DNA from: Anaerohalosphaeraceae bacterium
GTDB lineage: Bacteria > Planctomycetota > Phycisphaerae > Sedimentisphaerales > Anaerohalosphaeraceae
DNA length: 64,000 nucleotides
Direction: 5' to 3'
Assembly: GCA_050309605.1 (NCBI GenBank)
Contig: JBNRMN010000033.1
Coordinates: forward strand, 257,460-321,459
Shown: one piece after another, positions 37,357 to 47,465 of the stretch
How positions within the stretch are numbered: position 1 is the stretch's first letter
Layout: every line of letters begins with the position of its first letter
Translations under genes and position numbers: made by a program
The notes under the pieces: model-generated
What the model saw: only the letters and a program-made list of their open reading frames with translations
Database searches by the model: none
Told to the model about the DNA's origin: nothing

Positions 37357-38448
37357 TTACGCTTTCAATCGTTCCAAAATCACATCGGTATTCACATATT
37401 GACTGACTAATTCGTGCAGACGGGCGACTTTGTCGGTGTCGTAAGAACGAATCTTAAAGCCCAGATCCTTCATTCGCGAGCTGACGGTGAACGTGTCGTC
37501 ATTGCTCAGCAAAATCGGAATGTGGCTGGACTTCATCAGCGGTTCAATCATCGGATGCGGGTCAAACCCGCCTGTTAAAATCAGCCCGCCGCCGGGGTTG
37601 TCCTGGCGAGACAGCACAAGTATGGAAACAAGAATATTATCGATACGGTCACCGGGGATGATGATGAGCGTGTTTTCGCGGATGTGGCGAATGACGTTTT
37701 GCGGTTCCATCGCTGCGACGACGGTGTGGTCGGCGCGATTGCTGAGGTGGTCGTGTCCGCACAGGATCGTGTAATTAAATTCCTCGGCCAACTGTCCCAT
37801 GGTAAACGTCGTCAGTTGCGGCACGTAGGGAATCGCCCCGAGCAGCTCGGTCCCCAGCAGACGCAGTCCCTTGGCGACGGTGTCTTTGACTTTGTCGTAT
37901 TTTTCGGTAAGGACTTTATTCAGGACGACGCCGAGCACCTCCACGTTATGCTCACGAAACACAGCCAGACTCATCGCAATTTCGTCAAGCGGTCGTCCGA
38001 TGCCGCCGGCGGTAACGATGACCACCTTGGCTTCCAGCAGCTCGGCCACGCGGGCGTTGGACAGCCCAAAGCAGCTTCCGACGCCTGCATGTCCGGTTCC
38101 CTCGACGATGATCATCGAATGCACTTGTTTGAGGGTTTGATGACAGCGAATGATTTCGCGTTCGAGCGGCTCAACGTTGGGATTGTCGATGAATTTTCGG
38201 GTAAAGCCCGGCTCAATCGCAATGGGACTGAGGTAATAGGGTTCATCGCGCAGGTTAAAGACCTGATGCACGAGCACGCCGTCCTCGTCGATGTTCTTGT
38301 CCTGATAGCGCACGTAGTGCTGGCCGACCGGTTTGCAGTAGCCCGGGTCGATGCCCTGATCCCGCAAGACCTGAATCATCCCCAAACTGACCGAGGTCTT
38401 GCCGCAGTCGCGAAGGGTCGCACCGATATAAAGCGGTTTAATGTCCAT
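37357..38448 (-). CDS. BioD-like / phosphotransacetylase N-terminal (AAA_26 + DRTGG) protein
   Basis: DCGKTSV, KPVG, VEGTGH, LNKV, IPGDRID, LTGG. Confidence 0.85.
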   Translation of the reverse strand: MDIKPLYIGATLRDCGKTSVSLGMIQVLRDQGIDPGYCKPVGQHYVRYQDKNIDEDGVLVHQVFNLRDEPYYLSPIAIEPGFTRKFIDNPNVEPLEREIIRCHQTLKQVHSMIIVEGTGHAGVGSCFGLSNARVAELLEAKVVIVTAGGIGRPLDEIAMSLAVFREHNVEVLGVVLNKVLTEKYDKVKDTVAKGLRLLGTELLGAIPYVPQLTTFTMGQLAEEFNYTILCGHDHLSNRADHTVVAAMEPQNVIRHIRENTLIIIPGDRIDNILVSILVLSRQDNPGGGLILTGGFDPHPMIEPLMKSSHIPILLSNDDTFTVSSRMKDLGFKIRSYDTDKVARLHELVSQYVNTDVILERLKA

Positions 38449-38630
38449 TTGTGTCCTCAATGATTCCGTACACGTCCTATTGTCCGCATTTGGCCGACAA
38501 AATCAAGATTTTCTCGAAAAGCCCAAAGAAAAACAGCGATTCCCGTTGATTTTCAAGGTGGGTTTTTATATTTTCTGAGGTTAAAGCTGTTTATATAATG
38601 TCCTCTTTCAGACGACAAGGATTCTCTATA

Positions 38631-39860
38631 ATGTCAAATTTTGTAATTGAACCTGCCGACCGCATCAAGCGGCTGCCGCCGTACCTGTTCGGCAAGCTCA
38701 ACGCCCTTAAGCTCGAAAAGCGCCGTCAGGATATTGATATTATCGATTTGGGGATGGGCAATCCGATGGACGGTGCCCCGAAAATTGTCATCGATAAGCT
38801 GTGCGAGGCGGCACAAGACCCGCGCAACCACCGCTACAGCGCCTCGAAGGGGATTTACAATCTCCGCCGGGATATGGCGCAGAAATACGAGCGCAAATGG
38901 GGCGTGTCGCTGGATCCGGAGACCGAGGTACTGGCCTGTATCGGCTCCAAAGAGGGGTTCAGTCATCTGTGCCTGGCGATGCTCGGTCCGGGCGATACGG
39001 CGATTGTGGCCGATCCGGCGTTTCCGATTCATATTTACGGCGTCGCGCTGGCCGGCGGCAATGTCATTACCGTGCCGTTGGGCTGCGATCAGAAGTTTCT
39101 GGATACGATTGCGTATGTCTGCGAGCATCTGTATCCGCGACCGAAGCTGCTGATCCTGAACTATCCGCACAATCCGACGTCGATGACGGTCGAGCCGGGC
39201 TTTTTTGAGACGGTGGTGGACGTGGCCAGGCGGTTCAGGATTGCAGTCATTCACGACTTTGCCTATGGCGAGACGGCGTTTGACGGGTACAAGCCGCCCA
39301 GTTTTCTCTCGGCCAAAGGCGCCAAGGAGGTCGGCGTGGAGTTTACCACGCTGAGCAAACCCTATGGGATGGCCGGCTTTCGTATCGGATTTTGCGCGGG
39401 CAACAAAGAGATGATCAACGCGCTGGCGACGATCAAGGGCTATTACGATTATGGCATCTTTCAGCCGGTGCAGATTGCCAGCATCATTGCGATGCGGCAC
39501 TGCGAGAAAGAAATTGCGGCTCAGAACGCCAAATATCAGGCGCGTCGGGATGTGGTCTGCGACGGGTTGAAGCGTCTGGGCTGGCAGGTCGAGCCGCCGC
39601 GGGCGTCGATGTTTGTCTGGACGAAGTTTCCCGTCGAGCAATCCAACGGCAAGGGCAGCATTGATTTCGCGATGGAGCTGCTCGAACATGCGTATGTGGC
39701 GATGGCGCCGGGACGGGCGTTCGGCGAGAACGGCGAGTACTATATGCGAATCGCATTGGTGGAGAACGAGCACCGCCTGCGTCAGGCGATCCGCAATATC
39801 AGCCGCTACATCCAGGGCAAAGAGGTTCCCGGCAAACGCCGAAAATACACCCGAAAATAA
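38631..39860 (+). CDS. Class I/II PLP aminotransferase (AlaC/LL-DAP-AT-like)
   Basis: [38 protein letters not shown]. Confidence 0.9.
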   Translation: MSNFVIEPADRIKRLPPYLFGKLNALKLEKRRQDIDIIDLGMGNPMDGAPKIVIDKLCEAAQDPRNHRYSASKGIYNLRRDMAQKYERKWGVSLDPETEVLACIGSKEGFSHLCLAMLGPGDTAIVADPAFPIHIYGVALAGGNVITVPLGCDQKFLDTIAYVCEHLYPRPKLLILNYPHNPTSMTVEPGFFETVVDVARRFRIAVIHDFAYGETAFDGYKPPSFLSAKGAKEVGVEFTTLSKPYGMAGFRIGFCAGNKEMINALATIKGYYDYGIFQPVQIASIIAMRHCEKEIAAQNAKYQARRDVVCDGLKRLGWQVEPPRASMFVWTKFPVEQSNGKGSIDFAMELLEHAYVAMAPGRAFGENGEYYMRIALVENEHRLRQAIRNISRYIQGKEVPGKRRKYTRK

Positions 39861-40207
39861 AACCACCGGGCCGGGGAGGCTCACACGTTCCCATAATATC
39901 GGCTTTATTAGGTTTCATGGGGTAATTGTCCTCTATTGTCAGCCCAGATTCTCCTGTTCTGATAAAAAAAGACAGTACTTTCTCAAAAATCTGCTTGACT
40001 TTTTGGGGACTATTTGCTTAAATACGTTGTGTATCAGTATTGAAAATGAGTCCCACTCCTTCGCTTGCCGATCGCTGTACCCGGCAAGAGGGGTGGAATC
40101 GAGTGTTGTATTTCTGTGTGGATTGCAGGGTGTAATTGACGCAGGGATAGAGGGTGTTTCAGGGTGGTCAGACGACTGCGCATAAACTTTGTTATTACGG
40201 GAGAACG

Positions 40208-40741
40208 ATGATGAAGAAGAACTTAGTGGGTGTTTTGGCAGTGTTGCTGGCGGTCGGGCCGGCAATGGCTTCGATTTCAATTCAGGATGTTTTTACCGAC
40301 GGGACGTATGAGGTGACCGTTGAAAGTGTGGTTGCCCCGTACGAGGGACAGTACAAATACAGTTATACCATTCTTCCTTCCACAACCGCCAATATCCAAT
40401 GGTTTTCCGTGTCGCTGACAGCCGGCGCGGTGATTAGCGATATGGGGGTGGAAGCCGGAACCGGTGAGCCGGTCATTTGGACGCTGGTCAGCGGGCCGGA
40501 CAGTTCCAGCACTGATGCGGTCTTTACCGCCACCGTACCGGCCGGCAGCACCTCTGCGACGGTATGGTTTACCAGTCCTCAGAATTTTACCGTTACCCCG
40601 GGCGCCGCGGCGGGTCTGAATGACGGGCAGTATGTGGCCACCACCGGCCAGGTGCTTTCGCCGATTCCGGAGCCGGCCACGATGACGCTGCTCGGACTCG
40701 GTGCGGTACTGGTCACTTCGCTGCGAAAAAAACGCGGCTAA
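40208..40741 (+). CDS. PEP-CTERM protein
   Basis: Signal peptide; IPEPATMTLLGLGAVLVTSLRKKRG. Confidence 0.9.
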   Translation: MMKKNLVGVLAVLLAVGPAMASISIQDVFTDGTYEVTVESVVAPYEGQYKYSYTILPSTTANIQWFSVSLTAGAVISDMGVEAGTGEPVIWTLVSGPDSSSTDAVFTATVPAGSTSATVWFTSPQNFTVTPGAAAGLNDGQYVATTGQVLSPIPEPATMTLLGLGAVLVTSLRKKRG

Positions 40742-40798
40742 AAAACGTGTTCGGTTTTCAGGTTTTATTAACCTACATTAGAGAAAGAGCGGTCGATC

Positions 40799-41440
40799 AT
40801 GATGAAACGGGCGATCTATGTGAGTTTGACGGCGGCACTGCTGATGGCTGTGCCGGCGGGGGCGGCGCTGTCGATGGCGCTGACCGAGCTTCCGGACGGC
40901 TACGAATCCCAATGGGCCGGAAAGTCCTCTTTTGCGGTGAATCTCGGCGGCGGGAAATATACATATGGCCGGTTGGAGTTTGCCGTCTATGATACCCTGA
41001 CCGCAAGCGATCTGGGGATGGCTGTTCCGGGCGACCGCCGGTATCTGTATGCTTATCAACTGTTCAATACGGATGGGAACGCGGCGATGACCTATTTCGC
41101 TCTGACCGGCATTCATTCGGGGGCGATTGAATCGAATGACCAGATCGGCACAGCGTCCGGTCCTGATGGCGGCATCGACGCGGAATCCTACTTTGATGCG
41201 AGCAAAACCAAGGCGATTTTCACGTTTGAAGACGGCTTGCTGGTCGTCGGCGAGAAATCGACCTTTTTGCTCCTCGGCAGCGACGCAAAACCCAAAGTCG
41301 GCGGCTATGAAATCGTGCCCTCGTCCGATGACAACGTGTGGGTGCCGGGCGACAATACCCAGGAATCGAGTATTCCCGAACCGGCGACTGTGGCGCTGTT
41401 GCTGACCGGCGCGGCGCTGAGCCTGCGTAAACGACAATGA
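40799..41440 (+). CDS. PEP-CTERM protein
   Basis: Signal peptide; IPEPATVALLLTGAALSLRKRQ. Confidence 0.9.
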   Translation: MMKRAIYVSLTAALLMAVPAGAALSMALTELPDGYESQWAGKSSFAVNLGGGKYTYGRLEFAVYDTLTASDLGMAVPGDRRYLYAYQLFNTDGNAAMTYFALTGIHSGAIESNDQIGTASGPDGGIDAESYFDASKTKAIFTFEDGLLVVGEKSTFLLLGSDAKPKVGGYEIVPSSDDNVWVPGDNTQESSIPEPATVALLLTGAALSLRKRQ

Positions 41441-41493
41441 AAACCGACCTGCGGCGTTTTCCGCAGGGTTCCAATGAATTGGGGGGAACCATT

Positions 41494-42102
41494 ATGAAAG
41501 CAGTGGATATGCGAAAATTGTCGGTGTTGTTGGTAATTTCGGTATTGACGTGTGCGATTCCGGTGTTTGCTCAGCAGGCCGACCCGCAGGGTTATACCCT
41601 GCTGATTCAGCAAACGCCCGCCGGCGCCGGCACGGTGACTCCCGGCGATGGCGTACACAAATTTGGCATTGGCCAGACGGTGACGCTCTCGGCGGTTCCG
41701 CAAGAGGGGTTTCGTTTTCTTTACTGGCTGGGCGATGTCAGCACGGTAATGGAGCCGACGACGTCGGTCAGTCTGGATTCGCCGAAGATGGTGATCGCGG
41801 TTTTTGAACGAGCGACCTTTAACGAAGAAGATGAACCGCTTCCCGCTTTCGGCGTCGGTCGAAGCCCTGCCGGTTCGGCTGGTCTGATGGCCAGCCCCAA
41901 TCCGATCACCAGCCCCGGCTCGGTCAGCCCGGCCTCATATACCGGCGGCCGGACGATTGTGTCCTCGGGTCCGGAAGTGGTGTGGCCTGACCCGCCGTCT
42001 GATGATGACGATATTCTGGTGCCGGGGGATCCGATTCCGGAACCGGCTACCCTGCTCCTGTTAGGCGTCGGCTCGGCTGCTCTGTTTCGAAGACGCAGAT
42101 AA
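41494..42102 (+). CDS. PEP-CTERM protein with InlB B-repeat-like domain
   Basis: Signal peptide; GTVTP...VTLSAVPQEGFRFLYWLGD; IPEPATLLLLGVGSAALFRRRR. Confidence 0.88.
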   Translation: MKAVDMRKLSVLLVISVLTCAIPVFAQQADPQGYTLLIQQTPAGAGTVTPGDGVHKFGIGQTVTLSAVPQEGFRFLYWLGDVSTVMEPTTSVSLDSPKMVIAVFERATFNEEDEPLPAFGVGRSPAGSAGLMASPNPITSPGSVSPASYTGGRTIVSSGPEVVWPDPPSDDDDILVPGDPIPEPATLLLLGVGSAALFRRRR

Positions 42103-42198
42103 CGTGTTTGCCGCGGCGGGGATGTCGCCGGCGTTTTGAAACGATACGGTGCATCGGCAGGAAAGCAACGCATTGCAGCGGAGGAGAGATCTGCTGGG

Positions 42199-42234
42199 TA
42201 CAGCCGAGCGCAAAAAACGCTCGGCTGTATTTTT
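42199..42234 (+). terminator. Rho-independent terminator
   Basis: TACAGCCGAGCG-CAAAAAA-CGCTCGGCTGTA followed by TTTTT. Confidence 0.8.
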
Positions 42235-42427
42235 GAGGCCATCGCAACGACCGATAATCATTCCCTGTTTCAACCTTTATTTTTTCCGAAAGTCCCCCGC
42301 TCCAAGCGACGATATACCTGTGGATCGGCAAGAGACCCGATACGGAACGTAAAACAGACAAAAACAGACCGGAGTTCCAATGATGCAAAACAACGCATCA
42401 GCCAATCGATAGAAGAAAGGGATGATC

Positions 42428-42796
42428 ATGAGCGGTAAAATCCTTGTTGCAGAAGACAATCCGTCCAATCAGAAATTGATCAGTATTCTTCTCCAGAAGA
42501 TGGGACATCAGGTCACGCTTGCTGAGGACGGCGAATCAGCGGTCAACAAGGCCACGGCCGAAACGTTTGATCTGATTTTGATGGATATGCAGATGCCCAA
42601 TGTCAACGGCTACGACGCCGCACGGCAATTGCGCGAAAAAGGCTGCAAGACGCCGATTATTGCGCTGACGGCCAATGCGATGCTCGGCGACGAGGAAAAG
42701 TGTCTTCAGGCCGGCTGCGACGGCTATCTGGCCAAACCCATCGATCGTGCCCAGTTGAATGAGATGATCTCGCAGTATATTTCAGTTCAGGTCTGA
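42428..42796 (+). CDS. Stand-alone response regulator receiver domain
   Basis: ILVAEDN, ILMDMQMP, ALTA, YLAKP. Confidence 0.93.
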   Translation: MSGKILVAEDNPSNQKLISILLQKMGHQVTLAEDGESAVNKATAETFDLILMDMQMPNVNGYDAARQLREKGCKTPIIALTANAMLGDEEKCLQAGCDGYLAKPIDRAQLNEMISQYISVQV

Positions 42797-42820
42797 ATCG
42801 CCTTACCGACGCGCTGGGTG

Positions 42821-45349
42821 TTATTGGTTTGCCTTTTGGTCGTCTTCTCCGGCCTCGGCGGCGTCCATGTCCTGGTCGTCGTCTTCTTCAATCTCCTCCT
42901 GCTCTGGGTCGTCTTCGGCACGTTCGCCGGTCAGATCGGCGTAGCCGGCGACCTCATCGGCAATCATATTCTTGCGCAAATCCTCATACTCGTCCAGCGT
43001 CATCAGCACTTCGCGCGCCTGGCTGCCTTTGTATTCGCCGAGAACGCCGGCTGCGGCCATCATTTCGATAATGCGGCTGGCGCGGGCATAACCGATGCTG
43101 AGTCGTCGCTGCAAAAGCGAGACGCTGCCGCGGCGACTTTCCAGCACGACCCGCACGGCGTCGTCAAACAATTCGTCCCTTTGCGCGCCGCCCAGATCAA
43201 CGGTGTTCAGCTGCATCAATTCCGGATGGAACTGCGGCTGGGCGATATCCTTGAGGAATTTGACGATGTCGCGGATTTCGTCATCGTCCAGAAACGCGCC
43301 CTGCGACCGCACCAGCTCGCTGGTGCCGGGCTTGAGAAACAGCATATCGCCCTGACCGAGCAGCGTCTCGGCGCCGTTCTGGTCGAGAATGATGCGGCTG
43401 TCCATTCGTGCGGCCACACGAAACGCGATACGCGAGGGCATATTCGATTTGATTAGTCCCGTAACGACGGTCGCCTGCGGACGCTGCGTGGCCAGCACCA
43501 GATGGATGCCGACGGCGCGGCTCTTCTGAGCGATGCGCACGATGTACGCCTCGATTTCCTTGGCGCTGGTCATCATCAAATCCGCCAGCTCGTCGATGAC
43601 GATGACGATATGCGGCAGCTTCTTGGGAATCTTGGCCTCTTCTTCGGGGGTGGTCGGATTGAACCGTTCGATTAGCTCGTCTTCGGTCAGCAGGTTGTAC
43701 GAGGCGATGTTGCGCACCTTGGCCTCGGCCAGCAGCTCATAGCGCTCGTCCATTTTTTCCGTGGCCCATTGCAAAATCTGCTCGGCGCGGTTCATCTCCG
43801 TGACCGTCGGGCACATCAGGTGCGGGATGGACTCGAAGGCCGCCATTTCCACCATTTTCGGGTCGATCAGGATCAATTTGACCTCGTCGGGACGGCGTGT
43901 CAGCAGGATGCTTATGATGATGCTGTTGATGCAGACGCTCTTACCCGAACCGGTGGTGCCGGCGATGAGCAAATGCGGCATCGCCGCCAGATCGGACACG
44001 AGCACTTCGCCAGATGAGCTTTTGCCCAGGAACAGAGGGATTTGCATCTTGCCGGCGCCCGCACCGCGGACAATCAATTCCTTGAGCCGCACTGTTTCGC
44101 GCTGGCTGTTGGGCACTTCGATGCCGATGGTGTGTTTGCCCGCCAGCGGGGCGACGACGCGCACCGAGCCGGAACTGGAACTCAGCGCCCGCGCCATATC
44201 GTTGGCCAGTGTGGAGATCTGACTGACCTTCACGCCCGGGGCCAGCTCCAGCTCGTACATCGTAATCGCCGGCCCGGCCTCGGCGTTGACCACCTGCGCA
44301 TTGACGCCGAACTCCTCCAGCAGCGATTCCAGGATGCGGGCCTTTTCTTCGACCATTTGCTCCTGAATTTCCGAAAAGCCGGTTTCCGGGTCTTTGAGCA
44401 GATCCAGCGGCGGAAGCTGATAGTCCTCGTAGCTTTTCTGGACGGCCGGCGGCTGTTTGCTTTTGGCCGATGCGGCGGCTTTGGCGACCGGTTTTGCTTT
44501 GCGAATGGGGGGATCTTTGGGTTCGTCTGTCTTGGGTGTCGTCGGCTCGGCCTCGTTCGGCTGAGGTTTGGCAACGGCTGCGGCGGTGACGGCGGCCGGC
44601 GCGGCGGTTTCACTTTGTCCTATTTTTTCGCGGTATTGACGAACCACCTCCGAGAACGATTGGGGCTGCTGTTTTTGTTTTTGACTGAGCCGCGTCCAAA
44701 TCTCACCGAGGGCCTGGGATTGCTCCTTGGCCGCCGACAGCGCCGGCCCGGCCAGCCCGAAGAACTTCAGCACGCCCAGTCCGAACCACCGCGCCAGCGT
44801 CAGCACGACCGTATCAGCCGCAACAATCGCCCCCACAATCAAGCTGCATAACAGGACCGTCCATGTCCCCAACTGGGACAAGTAAATCGGCAAAAACGTC
44901 CCGGCCGCGACGCCGAGGATACCCCCGTTGCCCCAAGGGAAATCGCCGGCGGCATAAATACGTCCCATCACCGTTCGATAGAGCAGTCCGCCGTTATCGC
45001 TGTCCGGCCACGTCAGATACCACGCCGTCGAGATCGCCGCGGTCACCAGAATCAGCCCGATTGCCCGCAGCACGGGGTGGCTTAGCGGCTTGCCCGACAG
45101 ATGTGAAAAGAGCATCACCACCAGCCCCAAAAGTCCGAAAATAACCCCCGGCCCGAAGTAATAGAGCAAATAATAGGCCGAAAATGCACCCACCTGCCCG
45201 CACCAGTTTCGCGGCGGCTCATTGTGCGGCCAGATGTAATCGCTGGGGGCGTCGCCCATATCAAAGCTAAGCAAGCTGAACAGCCCCAGCACACATACGC
45301 ATAGCAGCAGCCCTTCGATGGCAATCTTATATAAATGTCCGTGTTTCAC
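42821..45349 (-). CDS. ftsK: DNA translocase FtsK
   Basis: N-terminal TM region, HLLIAGTTGSGKS, DELADLMM, ATQRP, gamma domain SLLQRRLSIGYARA. Confidence 0.97.
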   Translation of the reverse strand: MKHGHLYKIAIEGLLLCVCVLGLFSLLSFDMGDAPSDYIWPHNEPPRNWCGQVGAFSAYYLLYYFGPGVIFGLLGLVVMLFSHLSGKPLSHPVLRAIGLILVTAAISTAWYLTWPDSDNGGLLYRTVMGRIYAAGDFPWGNGGILGVAAGTFLPIYLSQLGTWTVLLCSLIVGAIVAADTVVLTLARWFGLGVLKFFGLAGPALSAAKEQSQALGEIWTRLSQKQKQQPQSFSEVVRQYREKIGQSETAAPAAVTAAAVAKPQPNEAEPTTPKTDEPKDPPIRKAKPVAKAAASAKSKQPPAVQKSYEDYQLPPLDLLKDPETGFSEIQEQMVEEKARILESLLEEFGVNAQVVNAEAGPAITMYELELAPGVKVSQISTLANDMARALSSSSGSVRVVAPLAGKHTIGIEVPNSQRETVRLKELIVRGAGAGKMQIPLFLGKSSSGEVLVSDLAAMPHLLIAGTTGSGKSVCINSIIISILLTRRPDEVKLILIDPKMVEMAAFESIPHLMCPTVTEMNRAEQILQWATEKMDERYELLAEAKVRNIASYNLLTEDELIERFNPTTPEEEAKIPKKLPHIVIVIDELADLMMTSAKEIEAYIVRIAQKSRAVGIHLVLATQRPQATVVTGLIKSNMPSRIAFRVAARMDSRIILDQNGAETLLGQGDMLFLKPGTSELVRSQGAFLDDDEIRDIVKFLKDIAQPQFHPELMQLNTVDLGGAQRDELFDDAVRVVLESRRGSVSLLQRRLSIGYARASRIIEMMAAAGVLGEYKGSQAREVLMTLDEYEDLRKNMIADEVAGYADLTGERAEDDPEQEEIEEDDDQDMDAAEAGEDDQKANQ

Positions 45350-45663
45350 TTTTTCTTCCAGTCATAAGTCAACGCGACACGGACTTGCCGTCCGTGAACC
45401 ATAAACACACCCAAGAGGCCGTACCACCCTATAGGTATCGGCAAGACGCCCCTGTCTTCTGAAATCATGCCCGAATTACCCGATTTCACAAAGCCATCAT
45501 ACCCCTGAAACCCCGTTTACACAAGACGTAACCGAGAGAAGATAGGCGGTTTGCAACATCTTGTTTTTATTGGTTTGAAAAGTTCTTTTGCAAGCCTTGA
45601 AAAAGCGATTATAATGGATGTTTAGGCAACTTAAAAAAGATGCGTTAAGTCAGGATATTCGAA

Positions 45664-46740
45664 ATGAAAAGGGTCAGATGGTGTGGCGTGTTCATCGCGG
45701 GCTTGGTCTGGACGGTCGGGCCGGTGATCGCGCAGACGTGGGTGCTTGATCCGCAGGCCGGTTGGCAGGATGTCGCCGATTTGCCGCAAGGTGAGTATCT
45801 GACGGCAATTTCACAGATCAAGCAGCAGCTTGCTTCCGGCAAGAGCGGCGATGTGGTCGCGGCATTGGAACAGCTTAAGGCGGACTTTCCGGAACTGGCC
45901 GGCGGCGATCTGGAGGTCTTTATCGAAGCGGAAACAATCTATGCCAAACGCAATCTGGGCAAAGCCGGCAAACTGTACAAAGAATTTCTTGATACCTGGC
46001 CGGACAGCCCTTTGCAGCCGGCGGCCATGGAGCGGTATTTTTCTATCGGCGCCGCTTTTTTGCAGGGCCAAAAGCGTACCTTTTTGTGGGTGCTGCGATT
46101 GCCGGCCTTTGATGACGGCGTCACCATTATGCGAACCATCGCCGATAAAGCGGGCAATTCGCCGATTGCGTTGCGGGCACTGCAGGTAACGGCCGAGAAT
46201 CAGGAACGCCGCAAGCGTTTCATCGAAGCGTATCATACCTGGGCCGAGATCGCCGCTCGATGGCCGACCGGCGCCGAGGGACGCGACGCACTGCTTCGGA
46301 TGGCTCGAGCGCTGCATGCGTCGTATGACGGGCCGGATTATGATGAGTCGGTGCTGCGCGGTGCACAGAGTTATTTTGAGGACTATATGCAGCGTTATCC
46401 GCAGATCGCTGAAGAACTGAAGCTCTCGGAGACGCTCCGATTGATTACCGAGCAGTTGGCTTACAAGCAGTATGAAGTGGGCCGCTATTATGAGCGCATC
46501 GGCAATCAGGACGCCGCCCATAGGCATTATCGTCAGGTCATCGAGCAATGGCCCGATACCGGCGTGGCTCAAATGGCGGCCGAGCGGTTGGGGCCGGATG
46601 CCGAACCGGCGGTCAAACCGACTTTTCGCCGCACATTGTTTAATACGGCCGGCGGTTTTTTGGATAATTGGTTTGGTTTGAAGCTGCTGTTCGGATCATC
46701 CGAAGCCCAATCGAGCGGCACAAACGCAACGCTTAAATGA
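45664..46740 (+). CDS. BamD-like TPR outer membrane assembly protein
   Basis: Signal peptide, TPR helices, 'LAYKQYEVGRYYER...YRQVIEQWPDT'; adjacent to lptE. Confidence 0.7.
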   Translation: MKRVRWCGVFIAGLVWTVGPVIAQTWVLDPQAGWQDVADLPQGEYLTAISQIKQQLASGKSGDVVAALEQLKADFPELAGGDLEVFIEAETIYAKRNLGKAGKLYKEFLDTWPDSPLQPAAMERYFSIGAAFLQGQKRTFLWVLRLPAFDDGVTIMRTIADKAGNSPIALRALQVTAENQERRKRFIEAYHTWAEIAARWPTGAEGRDALLRMARALHASYDGPDYDESVLRGAQSYFEDYMQRYPQIAEELKLSETLRLITEQLAYKQYEVGRYYERIGNQDAAHRHYRQVIEQWPDTGVAQMAAERLGPDAEPAVKPTFRRTLFNTAGGFLDNWFGLKLLFGSSEAQSSGTNATLK

Positions 46741-46755
46741 GTAAGGATTCAGTCT

Positions 46756-47316
46756 GTGAAACGACAACTTATCTGTATGGTACTGACGGTTTCAGCCGCG
46801 GCGTGGCTGACCGGCTGCGGGACAGGCGGCCTGGCAGGCTACCAACATACGTGGCTGCATCCGGACGATGTATCGAGTGTGTATGTCGAGATGTTTGACT
46901 CGTCCGGTTTTCGGCGAGGGTATGAGTTCAAGCTGACCGAGGCGGTGTGCAAACGCATCGAATCCCAAACGCCGTACAAGATTGTCTCGGACAGGAACCT
47001 GGCCGACTCGGTGCTCAGCGGAACCGTCGGCACCGGGTCGGGGGTGGTTGCCGGCGACCGTTATACCGGACGCGCATTGGAGCGCGAGGCATTGGTGCAG
47101 GTTCGCGTTACGTGGAAGAATCTCCAGACCGGACGGCTGATGCTGGATAACGAAGTCGTTTATGCGGCCGTCAGTTATTCCGACCTGCTCGGCCAGACGT
47201 TTGATTATTCAGCCGGTGCAGCAGTGAACAAAGCCGCTCAGAAAGTAGTAGAACTGATGGAACAGCCGTGGCAGCCGGCTCTCGTACAGCATGAGCCTGA
47301 CGCAGGACAGAAATGA
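46756..47316 (+). CDS. lptE: LptE family lipoprotein
   Basis: LTGC lipobox; SVYVEMFD...LTEAV...ADSVLSGTV pattern. Confidence 0.7.
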   Translation: MKRQLICMVLTVSAAAWLTGCGTGGLAGYQHTWLHPDDVSSVYVEMFDSSGFRRGYEFKLTEAVCKRIESQTPYKIVSDRNLADSVLSGTVGTGSGVVAGDRYTGRALEREALVQVRVTWKNLQTGRLMLDNEVVYAAVSYSDLLGQTFDYSAGAAVNKAAQKVVELMEQPWQPALVQHEPDAGQK

Positions 47317-47465
47317 CACCTTAAAACACACTTCAACACGGCTTTTTGATGTCAACCCCCGGACGGTTTGGATATGTCGATGTGAGATGCCAATATCGGT
47401 TTGGGATTCGGTTTTTTGAAAATGAATCAACGTGTCGCAATAAAACAAAATAAAAACGAGTTACC

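Noticed and set aside
45436..45462. Sigma28-like GCCGATA promoter upstream of ftsK
   Set aside because: The -35 match and spacing are poor; single weak instance.
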